From contig OZ024740.1 in assembly GCA_964016885.1 (NCBI GenBank), positions 125,984,001 through 126,048,000 of the forward strand: a DNA stretch of 64,000 bases, given 5' to 3'. Under the pieces are notes generated by a model. That model had not been told where the DNA came from. It did not search any database and worked only from the letters and a program-made list of their open reading frames with translations. A program made the translations under genes and the position numbers. How positions within the stretch are numbered: position 1 is the first letter of the stretch; each line of letters starts with the position of its first letter. Positions 1 through 13,530 of the stretch are shown one piece after another. The DNA is from Eledone cirrhosa (taxonomy: Eukaryota).

Positions 1-649
1 ATAGATAAAAAGGGGGATAGCTTCCTAGCTAGCTACCGCCTTCTCTCTATTGTTTGGGATATCTTTTTTGCCTTACTTCATCCCACCCTCTCTCTCGCGT
101 TCTCTCTCCAACGTTTGCTCTTTCTTAGACCTCACACACCTAATTTAACTTTTTATTGATCTATTCATAGATTTTCAATATTTTTTCTGAATATATTGAT
201 CTCTCTTCTATTCATATATTTCCACCCACTTTGATGTCACATTCTTTTCTTTTTATTGAACGTTTTACTGTCTAGTGTTTATTCTTTGACTCACTCCCCC
301 TCTCCTTCACTTCTCATTGATCTTTTTACTTTCTTATCGTATCCTTTCACCCCTCTTTCAAGTGTATAGCTGATTAAACGATCAGAAGACTTCAGTAGAA
401 AAAGATGTTTGGTTAGCTAAGATGTCACCTCCTACATAAACACAAGCTAACTAACGAATCGTGTTAATCCTACAGTGAACGTACTCTTTACAGTATATGT
501 TGTTGTTTTTCAACCTCTTTTCCGTAATCGGAGACTGGGTCAATGACAATAAATAACTTTGTCAGGGATACATATAAACAGCTGACATTCGGCTGGTAGA
601 CCAACGATTTTGGCATATCACCAATCGGCTATAGTTTAATAGTAATAAT

Positions 650-838
650 TGTTTCTACTTTAGGCACAAGGCCAGCAATTACCCAGTGCATTACTGGTAC
701 TTTATTTTATCGACCCCGTAAAGATGAAAGGCAAAGTCAACCTCGGCGGGATTTGAACTCAGATCGTAAAGGGACGTAACTATGCTGGAAAGCATGGCGT
801 CCGACCCTCTACCGATACTGCCAATCCACTGCTCTTTA
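650..838 (-). mobile_element. tRNA-derived SINE with 19-bp target-site duplication
   Basis: Minus strand has a pol III-type head (GGTTCAAATCCC-like B box), the central GCCTTTCATC...GGTCGATAAAATAAAGTACCAG domain and a TTGCTGGCCTTGTGCC tail, repeated many times in the window. ATAGTTTAATAGTAATAAT is duplicated at 631-649 and 839-857. Confidence 0.85.
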
Positions 839-989
839 ATAGTTTAATAGTAATAATGATTATTTTTACCATAGACTGACGTGCCCTAAGCTTTTGACTC
901 TTTATTGAGTCGTAACGGCCCCATTTTAATATATGGTATGTCTTGGACATTTAAACCTGGCGGATTCAATCCCTTTCCAAATGAGAACA

Positions 990-992
<3 letters not shown>

Positions 993-1041
<49 letters not shown>
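993..1041. repeat. (GA)n microsatellite
   Basis: Direct dinucleotide run. Confidence 0.95.
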
Positions 1042-1045
<4 letters not shown>

Positions 1046-2854
1046 GAATAATCTCACAGTACTGGACTGATAGTTTATTTATTGATCTTCAAAGGATGAA
1101 TAATAAAAGTGTTCTTAGAGTGCTGAAACGAATAATGTGTAACAATACATATATATGACATTCTAACGATTTTGTCAATTTGCCGCCTAGACACAAAACA
1201 ACATTTATTAAACGATCTCATGACTTTACAAAGTATTGTTTTACCTATAGGAAAGAAAAGGAGCCGATTGTCAGATGGAACTAAGAAACACAATTGGTCT
1301 TTTCATGGCCAATACTAACTTCTGAAAAAAGGAGATGAGATCCGAACTCAGAATGCAAAACAATTTATCCGAATTTTGTAAATTTTGCCATTCCTATGCC
1401 CTGGTACATTATTTATTTACCTCAAAAGGATGAAGCGCAAAGTTGATGTCGGTTGGATTATAAACTTCGAACACAGGAACAGAATAAATACCAAGGGATT
1501 TAATCCGTGGCACTAACAATCGTGAGATTTTCATCGAAATATACATCTCTCTCTCTCTCTCTCTCTTTTTCTCTCTCTCTCTTTCTTTCTCTCTCTCTCT
1601 GTGATAGTATATGGTAGTAGGGGAAAACTATGCGGGAAGATTTAGCGTCCTATATCCACATTGATACAGTATCAATCTGATTCATACAAAACTGGAAAAA
1701 CCACCTCAACCAATTTTCTCTCCCCCTTGATGTCTGGGGAAATATTCAAATCCCGAGGCCCTATAACCAGATGTTAATTCGTGAAACAAAAGCTAACCAA
1801 TATGGATAGATTTTCTATATTTCTTTTCGTGTCCGCCGTATGGCGCTGAAAGTATTGTTGTGGCCACGTTTTGTACGTTATATTCTTATCCACTTCCCAT
1901 ACCTGAGAGAGAGAGAGAGAGAGAGGGGGGGCATGGGGCTTCTGATATCCTCTCTAGTTCTTGTCTGGTACTTTAACTTCTCTCCTCTAATCTAGAAAGA
2001 CCATTTTAACAGACTCCTTCCTAAGCTTTTGACTATTAAACCCCCACCAACACTTTGAAAGTGAAGATGTTAAGATCATTTGACATTTTGTGTTATATAT
2101 CTTTTGAGTTGATTGCAGAAATCTATTTGAACATAGCTATAGCAACAGCCGTATACATAAATAGACAGACCTAATTATAAAGTCCATATGACATGGCCAA
2201 GTTACAGAAAGGAGGAAAACAAAATGTTCAGCAAAAATATATATCTAACCTAATTGACTTTCATGTATTTTGCAAAACATCAGATAGACATTGCTTCATC
2301 CTCCCAGCGGATATTATGGCAAATGCATTAAACCGGAGGATAGCAAAGGAAATGCAATGTAGTGGTAGCAGTGCTAAATGATTTCCGTGGTGTGTTAACC
2401 ACCTTCATTCTGTGATCAAAAGAAAACACAAACCTTTTCTCATTTGTACACAATTAACAACAATCGTTTCAACATTTACAATAATGCCATCAACCAGAGC
2501 GAAGCACGATGTAAAGCATTCGACGTTCTGAAAATATCGGCTAAATCCTTCCAGAAAAGCAACAAGTTAGATAATATAAACCCAGATAAATTTTCTGCCG
2601 AACAAAAGTCAGGCTAGAACGTGTTTTATCATTGGTTTGCTTAACCTGGTCAGAGTTGCGACTGAACAGCCGAACATTTGCATGGACAATTCCAGGTACT
2701 CTCAGGTCTTGAATAATCCCCTCTCCACCCGCTTATTAAGTTTTGTTAATCTATCTCCGGCGAAATTTTATTGTAAGTGATTCATATTGATACAGTAGAT
2801 GGAGAATCTAATAATAATTCTATTTTACATTAAAAAGACATCATTATATATAAC

Positions 2855-2918
2855 AAAAAATAAAGTACCAGTAATACACTGGGTAATTGCTGGCCTTGTG
2901 CCAAAAGTAGAAACAATT
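2855..2918 (+). mobile_element. 5'-truncated SINE (3' tail only)
   Basis: AAAGTACCAGTAATACACTGGGTAATTGCTGGCCTTGTGCCAAAAGTAGAAAC flanked by duplicated ATTATATATAACAAAAAA. Confidence 0.75.
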
Positions 2919-5109
2919 ATATATAACAAAAAAGTACATTAAAAGAAATCCTATATTTACAAACGTACACTATACACTTACTGACACCCAACCCTTATGA
3001 GAATTTATGCAAATGTCCACCCACTCCCGCTTATTCCCTCCCCCCATTATTGGGGATCTGAGAATAGGGGCCTCACCAGTAAATTGGGTGTGTAGGGTGT
3101 GGGGTCACCGAGCAGATTGAAAACTTAATATTTTCGAATAACTGAAGATCTCAAGATGGCAAATTTCAGCCATACCTGGAGAGGTGATACTAACTTATTT
3201 TCCAATTGAATTACGAATTGACGTACAGCTAATGTTTCCTTGGGCTATAGAATTTGGATGAATACATTTAGCAACACGTGGGTCCGACGCTAACATTAAG
3301 GACAACTACGGTGTAGACTTCAGATGAGTGCATTACTGAGCCTTAAACTATCATATTTTTATACTAATTTGTATCACTGGCTTATATATTTTCCAGTATT
3401 CAGTAAAAAAAGAAAGTCAGTAAAAATGTTTGCCGTGTAGCAGCGTTGTGAGAATATCCAGATAAGTTGAAAGAGCCGTATGTCTTATGACCTATCACAT
3501 GATATCGTGTGGATGAGTGTGGATCGTATAGTTGAATATGCAGGTTAAGTAATTTTCTTACTGTGGTCAGAGTTATTAATTTTAAAAACTAAATTGTAAG
3601 ATGAAATTATTTAATTTAGGCAAACGAGGAACAACATTGGTAGAAGGGGGTTCACATTGTAGAGTTAGTCAAGGGCGCTAAATATCCTGGCGCAGGCTCT
3701 TGCTACATGAGAAACTGACTACGAATCAGCAATTACGCTGTCTTTCGACAAGCTAGAAAAAGAGGCCGAATCTCTCTTATGTCATCGTTGGATAATGCAA
3801 TCTGAGATATACTTGTCTGAAAGGAAGATGCGACGTCCACAGCTGCAACGCAATTCAAACTTGAGGTAAACCTCCTCCTCCTCCCCATCATCACCATCGC
3901 CTTCAACACCACCACCACCTAATGTGTGATTTGCCTGCTATTTCCAGTGGTTTAGGCGCACTCGTTAACTTACCTCATCCTGAAGTTCTAACTGTAAGTT
4001 ACGGAAATCATTAATTTCACTGTTTTTATGGCTTAAAGTAATGAGCTGTACCATCCCCATATATATATTGTGTGTGAACAAGGATGTTAATAGATAAGTG
4101 TATATTGGCCGTTAATATTGCGGTCTATAGTGTTACATTGTATGAAATCATATACTAATTTATCAGCTATCAATATGGAATTTTATAATTTCAAGGGTAA
4201 CAACTCTTTTGTGTTTTAATGTAAGGGAAACTACTCGTCAAATAAAATGAATTTTCCATGCCATTTATCTCTAAATTCTATTCACATATGAATAAGAAAT
4301 TACTGCAAAATATACTATAAATTAATTGATTATTGGTTGTGTAAGGATAGGTGCAGACATGGCTGTGCGGTTAATGTGTTCGCTCTGCAACCAACTAGTT
4401 CTGGGTTCAGTTCTGCTGCGTGGACCCTGAGTCGACCAAAGACTTGTGAGGTCGATTTCCACAGCCGACTCTGTCCAGTTTTCCCCGTCTTCTAGTGGTT
4501 TCTCTGTCCAACATAATAGTCAAACCTGCATTGTCGAAGCATACAATAAGCTAACATCAATTCAAATTTTCTCTTCCCCTCCTAACACTGTTGTTTATTT
4601 GTTTACATCTACTGGCTGGTAGATAAAGCTTAACAATGATGGGTAAGTCGTCAGTCTCGCTTTGGCGTAGTAATAACGTAGCCGACTGTCAAACGGTAAT
4701 TGAAAGTTCAATTACCACAGTTGCCTGTCCAATTTTTCTCTCTCCGGCGGGTTTATACCCCCAACTTATATATTACATACACATCATACAAACGTTTTTT
4801 GATTGGAAATATTTAAACTTTTTTTTTTTTTCAAATACAGAGTTCATAATTCTTTATCTATATATGAAGCATTTATACTTTATGTAAACGACATTGCTGA
4901 TTTTAACTATATTACTATCAAGAGCCAGGTGATTATGCATTTTGGCAAATAGATTCTCACTTTCCACTATGGTAGACGTACCCATCAGTAGTACAATTAA
5001 CCAAGGTTTAAATATATTGTATATATATTTATTATTTTACTGTGGTCATACTAGGATACCTCCCTGAAGCATATAGTTGATCATATTAACACTAGTAATT
5101 ATTTGTTGT

Positions 5110-5340
5110 GAAGGTGCGTGGCCTAGTGTTTAGAGAATTGGATTCGCAATCGTAAGGTTGTAAGTTCCATTCCCAGATCGAGCGATGCGTTATGTACTTA
5201 TGTAAGACACTTATTTTTCATGTTAATATTTCTGCCAAGAATTACGACCGATAGATAGTACCAGCAATGGAAACACCTATGGAAACATTGCTTCCGTGGT
5301 CTGATATGACGTGTTCCACCCCACTCGGTATGTGATTGAG
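5110..5340 (+). mobile_element. Degenerate tRNA-derived SINE (second family)
   Basis: GCGTGGCCTAGTG A-box-like head and AGTTCCATTCC B-box-like motif; related to the minus-strand copies near 8850-9150 and 27900-28178. Confidence 0.6.
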
Positions 5341-5523
5341 TTCTGAGATTTTATCGATCGATTAAAAAAACAACACACAAAAAAAATAATTTGTTAAAAG
5401 TTTGGTCTTTATTTAATTGATCTCTATTTGTCGAACATAAACACATAGCACAGATTCTAGAAATTAGCAGAAGTGCATACTTTTTAAGAATATAGATATC
5501 TTGATCCTACAGCAAGGTGTTAC

Positions 5524-5778
5524 ATGAGGGGTTCAGCATTTCGTGGAAATGCCACACTATCAACAAAGTTCTTTATGGCGATCTCTCACGTGTTTCATCG
5601 AAATTTCAATTACATCGATTGTCTCTTGCTGGTTTTGCTTCCCGCCATGATGAACCTTAGGAAAACTGCTTCTCTGGTCACAAGATCCGAAGTGTTGATT
5701 GGGACTCCCAAAATTAACCGTGAGGACTGTGAGCAAGAGACACTGGCCTCGCTGTACGGGATCTACTTGATGCGATGA
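5524..5778 (+). pseudogene. Possible highly decayed Gypsy-type reverse transcriptase fragment
   Basis: Translation 'FRGNA...FFM...FNYIDCLLV...KINREDC...YG' loosely follows the Gypsy RT pattern FGLRNA..FQRFM...YIDDIL...INxxKC...LG. Confidence 0.3.
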
Positions 5779-5899
5779 AAGATTGGGAAGTCTGAAACAA
5801 GAATTTTATGCATGCTTTATCTTCGATGGAGGGAGGATTAAAGAAAAAATATCCACTTCCTCATTTTAATACTTTTATTTGCTTGTTCATGAATCATTA

Positions 5900-6236
5900 A
5901 AATTCCGCCGAAGTTAGCCTTGCATTTCGTATTTACGGGGTCGATTAAATAAAGTACCAGTAACGCACTGGGGTCGATATAATCGACTTTCCCCTCCGCC
6001 AAATTGTTGGTTTTGTGCCTTAATCAGAAACCATTGGTGGATTGGCAGTATCGGTATAGGGTTGGACGCCATACTTTGACGTATAGAGTTACGGCCCTTG
6101 CCATTCTGAGTTCAAATCCCGCCGAGGTTAACTTTGCCTTTCATCCTTACAGGGTCGATAAAATAAAGTACCAGTAATGTACTGGGTAATTGCTGGCCTT
6201 GTGCCAAACGTAGAAACAATTATTATTATTATTATT
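5900..6236 (+). mobile_element. Two adjacent SINE copies (partial plus full length)
   Basis: Same head, central domain and tail as 650-838; ends in (ATT)n. Confidence 0.85.
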
Positions 6237-6527
6237 AGGGTGGTGGATAGGCAGTATCGGTATAATTTATGTATGTATGCATGTGTGTGTGTTGAGTCTC
6301 CATTGGTTGCGACGATGTGAGATCTATTTGTTTGATCAACAAAACGTAATTCTCCAAAATATTCAGCGGGACAGTGTGTAAGACATGTTTGGCTCTTTGA
6401 ATTACAGGCTCATTGTATTTTTCCAGTTGTGTTGTCTTGGAATGATCTTACCATCGACAACCAAACACACAATCGTTCGCAACACGCAGGCATACGCCCC
6501 CCCCCCCCCACAAGCCTGTTCGGGTTA

Positions 6528-6850
6528 AAGTATTATGGGAAAATCGTGGGTAAAATGAAGGGAGAAGTGGTGCATGGTAGGTTAAATTGTAGGTAAATTA
6601 GTGGATAAACTCAAACGATGTGTCAATGAATGCTTAAAATGCAGAATGAAAAAATTGTAGTTAATTGAATGGAAAAATAGTTGGATAAAGTAAAATAAAG
6701 TAGTGATTCAAATGGTGCGTAAAATGTTGGGCAAAATGATGGTTCATGTGTAAATTGGTGGCAATAAGTGTGGATAAAATGGGCGATAAAATATTAGATT
6801 GTAGGTAAAATGGTAGGTAATGTTGATGGGTAAGGAATGATGGCATTTTG
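6528..6850. repeat. Degenerate ~12-bp tandem minisatellite (GGTAAAATGGTG-like)
   Basis: Recurrent GTAAAAT/GATAAAAT/GTAAATT units at roughly 12-bp spacing. Confidence 0.55.
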
Positions 6851-8849
6851 AACCTAATTGAGTTCATTTCTATCCAGTACTGAGCATATTTAATTTATTC
6901 AAGTGAGATCCTGAGAAAGAGAAATGAAAAGGAATCCAGCCCAATAGATGGCTTTTACCTTAATTATGGAGCTGCCAGCGGTAGATAGTATCACCGATGG
7001 AAAGACCAATGTAAACATTGTATCCTTGGTCCGATTTGACGAATTCCACTCCACAGTGGAGTGAAGTCTGGGATCTCGTTGATCAATCGAACTTTATTTA
7101 TCAAGAACGGGAGGATGTGAAAGAAAGTTAACAATGGCAAGATTTAAACAGAGTACGTAAACTTAATTGAGCACCTAGTAATCCAAGTAACTTGTTACCT
7201 CGCCAATTACAGCTCTTAAGCTCAATGTTCACGGTTCAAGTTCATAATGGGTAACCCACAACATTTATTTTAAAGTTGGACAAGTTTGAGGAGTGCGTTA
7301 GAAAGTAGTCCAAAATTTGACTGCGAGTGTATTAATATATAGACGGTATTGGTAAAACCGAGTCTACTGCAGGAGACATTTGTCGAATGAATTCTTCGGT
7401 AGGATTGAAATAAAAAAATTCGTTGTTGCGAATTGAACCTATTAACCACACAGCCATGCATGAAAAGATGACAGGAAGGTCATAAATGGACCTTATGGGA
7501 CGACGTAAATGAACCAAAACATAGTTCATGTCTACATAAACAAATATAGGTTACATTCTCAATTTGGACATGTTTACAAAGTTCGGAAATTTATGTGTTT
7601 GGAAATAAAAATATTCAAAATTAATCTTTGTTGCATTTACAACCGTATTTTAGGCAACCGTATTTTAGTTAAGAGTTATCTACCTTTGATCAACTTTAGT
7701 TGCTAACGATGACGTTACACGAACACTGAGAAAGACAAGTAGCGCAACTGCACGAAAACAAACAACGCTGAATATAGATTTTGGCGAGGTAACTCTTGTA
7801 TAACTTTAAGATGTAAAGTTTCTAGAGTTCTTTCCCTTAGATTAATAATGTTATTTTTTTCTACTAGCATATATACAGACATCTAATACACTTTTGTGTT
7901 TACACTTCGGCTTTTTATATTTTACTTTCACTTTATGAAATCTCAGTAAGATATTTGAACTTAATCACCCCAAATAAAACAAGACAAACATTTCAAACAA
8001 ATACATATGCATAATAAGGATAGTTACACACACACAAATAATTAGACACAGTTAAAGCCTTGCAACGTGTCCTACAGGCAACGGTTCAATTCAGCATCAT
8101 TTCTCCAATGATACGGGCCTGGATGGCGTGGGCGAGCATCCGCCTGTGTGTCGAAGGCCATCTGGAGGCTAACTAATGGTCCTAACAGACAGAATAGAAA
8201 AAACGTTGCTCGGGAGTAGTGAATGTGACGCGTTGAAATAGCCGTACAATCTCCCGTAGGTGGCCAACACCACTCCGATAGCAGTGAGTAGCAATGTGAT
8301 CTGGGTGGGATGAAACCAAAATCTTCCACTGATACAGGTTCGACCATAAATCTTGCGACCGATATTTTGACAGTTTGCCCTTTTTGATCCGATAAGCAAC
8401 GGTTAATCGCCGAATACACCGTGTTGTTGCCGGAAAAGGTGTCACTGCATCTATCATTTCAGATATGAGTAGAAGAGTTATTTTATAGCTATTATTCTTA
8501 TTGGTGTTCTTTAGTCGCAAGCAGGCTCTATGTCCAAATGAATACCAGCTGTGTCCATCCATTTTTTTCTTTTTATAGGTATAGTGCATTTAGAACTGTA
8601 TTATCAAATAAGTCGTTTCTTTTTTTAAGATGGCAATGAGGAATTCTTTAGATAGATTTGGCTGATATTTTTATAATCGCATATCTAAGTAGAGGCTTCC
8701 TATGAGGAATGGCATCATTTTATTTCAGATAAAATATTAATAGCATTTGCAACGGAGATGATCAGTTCTTTTTTACTTCTTAAAAGTTCCCTTGCATTTC
8801 AATAACCTAATGTTGGTGTCGGTAGTAGTGGTGGTCGTGGTGGGTCTGT

Positions 8850-9150
8850 TGCTCCCATCGATGAATGTTCCAGTTTATTTGATCATCGGAACAGACTCCG
8901 CTTGAAAGAAACGTTCAAGTAATTGAATTTTCTACCATTAGTGAAATTTTCAGGGAGAATCAGCGGAACGCAGTGCCTGACATGGCTTATCCTTTGAATT
9001 ACAGGTAGAACATATTTGTGACGTCTGAGTGGACTAGAGCAACATGAAATAAAGGTTCTTGCTCAAATAAAATGCGCCAACGGAAATCGAACATGCAGCC
9101 TTACAATAGTGATCCGAACACCCTAACTACAATACCAACCACTCCCACAA
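8850..9150 (-). mobile_element. Degenerate SINE
   Basis: Colinear similarity to 27900-28178 (CCTTTGAATTACA, CTAGAGCAAC, GGAAATCGAA, CCCTAAC). Confidence 0.65.
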
Positions 9151-9839
9151 GTGAAAAACATAATTAGTCTCAAACAGAATTCTTCATCGTGTCAATATTA
9201 TCTTTCACGCTATTATGAAATGGCCTAATTAGTACAGTTTCACTAAAAATATAATGCCGCCGATTGTCTAATTATGTCTTATTCTTTTTTAAGTTCAAGT
9301 TAGTTTTTTTTCTTTTTGTCTTTGGTCTTTTATCATAAACAATAAGTCACGTACTGCAGTCGATAAAAAACAACTAAAATACAACAACAATACATCTCTA
9401 CAAAGAATAACAAAGAAAGGTGTCATATTTAGTGAGGATAAGGACAAGTAACACACAATTATTTGCTGCATGGTTCAGCTGGTTACGTATTCACACATGT
9501 TGGTGCAGTGACTATTTAGAAAATGGAGGGAAATAGTGTTTTACAATACGAGGCTAAATAAATCAGGATACTTTCTGGTAGCATCAATGTTGTTAATGCT
9601 GATGGAGCAGATGGTAGTATCAGAAGGTGCCGAAATCATCGCAATGTACAGTTGCATATATATATATATATATGATTTTAAAATGTGACCACCAAACCTA
9701 CCTTTCTCGCTTTCCATAATATATACGCCCCTCTACATTCGACAGTCTAAGCCAGAGGTGTGGTCTGGCATTGTTGGCAATCTCCCCCCCCCCGTCTTCG
9801 CCTATCTAAACAAGTGTAATTTTTGCATTTCACTACGTG

Positions 9840-9970
9840 TCACGTATTACTTCAAAGAAACTTTGGAGGGATCCCATACAGCCACTTGTATTTGCAATCG
9901 CATTCTTTCGGTCATTACTCAGATTCTTGACTACAGGTAAGAGTTGCCACGAATACCGAATTAACAGATT
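9840..9970 (-). mobile_element. RTE-clade LINE RT C-terminal fragment
   Basis: Minus translation 'SVFVATLTCSQES*VMTERMRLQIQVA' matches the RTE motif FVPTLTYGHExWVMTER; DNA is similar to 59955-60035. Confidence 0.65.
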
Positions 9971-10175
9971 TTACAGGGAAAGCCAATGGTCAGGAGATCC
10001 AGGGTTAAACCCCGAGCAAGCTCAACTGGTCTCATTTAGAGAACCAGCCTTATCAATTGGAGAAGGCTACTTCAGACATGACCCGCTGGAAGACGGGCTT
10101 GAAGACTCTGCCCCCACGACCCTGTCAGATATAAGTGGGCGAAGAAGAAGAGGAAGATCACTACCTGTCTCAGCG

Positions 10176-11300
10176 GCAGCTGGATATTATATTTCTTTTC
10201 TCTCTCTGGGCTGTGAGGACATCACTTTTTCTCTTCCCACAGCATGTATGTGTCCCACAACATGTATGTGTCCTTCCCACAGCATGTAGGTTACACATGT
10301 ATGTGTCCTTTGTCTAACATTTGACTATAATATCGCTACCCGACTTGATATATACGAGGGTCGGCTGACGAGTTCATAGGCTGACTATGAAGAAGTGATG
10401 CTAAACCTTTGAAATCTTACATGCTTTAATTGTAATTCTTCTTATTAATAATTGCTTGTTTTTTTTCGGGGAATATATTGAAAAATAAACCTCATTTGAT
10501 TTTCAGCCGACCAACATATTGTCCTCCACCTGACTCTTTTTTTGTACACTCAAGTATTTAAATGTTTTTCGTTTTCATTTTTCTTTGTCTGATCTGTCTG
10601 TACTGTCTGTGATGTACCCACAGTTATTCAAGCCTTGTTTGCGTTTCCTGTCGACTGTTATTAGATTCCTTACGCAATTTCCGTGCAACAATGGACTTAC
10701 TTTGGCCTATCACCATGCTGGTGTTTGGTCGGAGGCTTTCTACTCTTACAAACGAAAAACTGAGGGAATCCACTAGGAATTGCTAATGAACTGCGTAGTT
10801 GTTTAAGTTGTACCCGCCTTCCATATAATTCTGCATTCGTTAACGCTATGCAGTCACTTTTCTCTCTGATAGTTTGATTCACCATTTTAAACCGTGATTA
10901 CCAAATCTACTTTTCTCATCATACATAATATTTACGTCTCCCCATATCAGAGGTGTCATCAGACGTTGTTTGTTATTTCACCCTATATTCGCCTATTGAC
11001 ACAGCAGCTGGATGATATATTTCTTTTCTCTTTTTAGTCTGTGAGAACATCACTTTTTCTCTTCTCACAGAGTTATCACATATTTGTCGTCTCTATCTAT
11101 TTTTGTCTAGCGACGGGGAAGCTGACACATTATTGTTATCCGACTTTATATATATATTTTCTTTCGCCTAACTTATTATTCTACCCTCAGGTATTTTACA
11201 AAAGATTTCGATTATGTTTCTGTCTGGTTTGTCTGTTCTGTTCCTGTCTACCCACATGTTTTAAACACTGTTTATTTTTCTTGTCGACGATTAGTTTGTC
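10176..11300 (+). repeat. Diverged ~300-bp direct repeat (10176-10670 and 11005-11300)
   Basis: GCAGCTGGAT...TTTCTTTTCTCT...CTGTGAG.ACATCACTTTTTCTCTT..CACAG and TGTCGAC blocks recur. The first copy carries a MITE and a short CCCACAGCATGTATGTGT tandem. Confidence 0.7.
10353..10518. mobile_element. Tc1/mariner-type MITE
   Basis: Imperfect TIRs TA-CGAGGGTCGGCTGA... and ...TCAGCCGACCAACA-TA; absent at the matching TA site of the second direct-repeat copy. Confidence 0.65.
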
Positions 11301-11454
11301 CGCTTCTTCTTTGTTTAGTGTCACAATTTCCGGACAGCAATTGGGTTAATTTTGGGTCTATCGCTGTAGTGGTGTTTCGGGTGGAGGCTCGCGCTCTCTC
11401 TCTCTCTCTCCCTCTCTCTCTCTCTCTCTCCATATATATATATATATATATATT

Positions 11455-12133
11455 CAAATTCTATTTGAATATATGAATTATTATTGGTGCACTGAAATAG
11501 CGATATATACATGAATATACGTATAGTATATTTGATAATATACTGTATGGTTATTTAAAACCAATTAGAAGACTTTCGCTATGAATTTTAAAGTAATGAC
11601 TACGTCACGTACTTAGTCTCGGCAAAAGCAAGGGGGAGTAATCAAGGTAGTACCGTTTATCACTTGTATGTGGTTGTCAAGACTACATACACCTTCACTT
11701 CTGCCGAGAGTTATAGAAACTGGATTCTTATAGAATTCCAGTTATGTTTACGAGCTGTTTAAACACATTAACATATATACGATGTATATATGAATATACG
11801 TACATTCATATATACATCGCTATTTCAGAGCACCAATACTAATTTCTAATATTTGCTTGGCCGGCAACCGCTCTGTATGTTAATGAGTTTTAAAAGCTCG
11901 TAAACATAATTGGAATTCTATAAGAATCCAGCTTCTATAACTTTCAGCAGAAGCGAAGCGGTATGAAGTTTTGACAACCACTTACAAGTGAGAAACGGTC
12001 ACCGTCGATTAATCCGCTTTGCTCTTGCCGAGACTAGGTATGTGACTAACGTCAGTGCTTTAAAATTCATAGGGAATGGCCTTCAAAATGTTTTTAAATA
12101 TACATACAACATATCAAATATACTATACGTACA

Positions 12134-12140
<7 letters not shown>
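11455..12140. mobile_element. Non-coding PLE terminal-repeat remnant in inverted arrangement
   Basis: 11506-11775 is an imperfect reverse complement of 11875-12140; flanked by (TA)n; each arm carries an HHR-like motif. Confidence 0.7.
11966..12011 (+). ncRNA. Type I hammerhead, U3-A8 core variant
   Basis: TTGACAA core, stem II CAC/GTG, GAAA, stem III CGGT/ACCG, GUC triplet at 12004-12006. Inverted copy at 11640-11685 keeps TTGACAA. Confidence 0.6.
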
Positions 12141-12171
<31 letters not shown>

Positions 12172-12206
12172 TGGTTTTATAAATATAGTTTCCATTTATT
12201 AATATC

Positions 12207-12338
<132 letters not shown>

Positions 12339-13047
12339 TCACAAACGTATGTGTAATCAAATATATAAATATAAACACTCATGTCTATTTCTGTGCGCTT
12401 GTATATATGTATCTATCTAAATGCTGATATAAAATTATATGCAATGTATATAATAAATACATATTTAGCTTAACTGTAAGAATATTCCGTGAACAGAATT
12501 TTCACTAGCTCCCAAAGCCTCTTCTTTCAAGTACCGAAATTACGAAGACTAAAGTTTCTCAATGAAAACATTGAATAACTATTTTTGGCCTAATATCATT
12601 TACTCGGTTCAGGTCTGACGAACTTGATTTATTCATAAAAAGCAGCAAACATTATTGTTTCAATAGATACGTATATTAAATCATATACAATATATTAAGG
12701 TACATTTTATGTTCTTATAACTACCATTTTTGAATTAGAAGTCATCAGTGTGAAAAGAATGATGTGTGAAATGTAAATACATCTAACTACTCCCTTTAAC
12801 ACGAAAGAACAACAATAACAAGCATATAGATTATCTCGATGCATTTCAGTCATCACTGTTGCCTTATTGGTGAATCCAATGTTCGAAAGAATAAAAATGT
12901 TTAAGAAATATATTTAGTCTCACTGGAAATATATAACTGTATAAGCTTATGCATGTATGTATTCATTTCTCCCTGTCTCTCTGTTTGTTTCTCTCTCACC
13001 CCTCTATCTCTTTCTCTTTCTTTCTCTTTCTCTCTCTCTCTCTCTTG

Positions 13048-13079
<32 letters not shown>

Positions 13080-13438
13080 GCTTGTGTGTGTGTTATGTAA
13101 CAAAGCTATATACTTAAACAAGACCGTTATTGCTCCAACCTGTCTTCACCATCAATAACTACCCTAAATATACAAACACCTACACTACACACACACACAC
13201 ACATACATATATATACTATATACATATATGTAGAACAAACGCAAGGAAGCATCGAATGCCCTATACGAAAATAATGAACTCGGAAAACAAAGCCAACAAT
13301 AAACAATGCATCCATAGTGTTTTTTTGAAACATTAAAACATTAAAGGGATATTTCATGTATATATATACTGCATATACACACACATATGTGTGTATATGA
13401 TTAAAACAACAGTTCTATACATTGTGGGACCACAAAAC

Positions 13439-13478
<40 letters not shown>

Positions 13479-13494
13479 CTTTTGTGGTCCCACA

Positions 13495-13530
<36 letters not shown>

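Noticed and set aside
864-915. CTGACGT...GACTC/GAGTC-GTAACGGCC hammerhead-like string
   Set aside because: Several core mismatches and no cleavage triplet or stem I.
4590-4660. CTGACGA with two hairpins on the minus strand
   Set aside because: No GAAA box and no stem I partner.
12643-12752. CTGATGA...GAAACAATAATGTT on the minus strand
   Set aside because: No closing stem II and a weak stem I; could be chance.
13416-13502. Short inverted repeat around (TA)n
   Set aside because: Probably a PLE micro-insertion, but no HHR or tail hairpin supports it.
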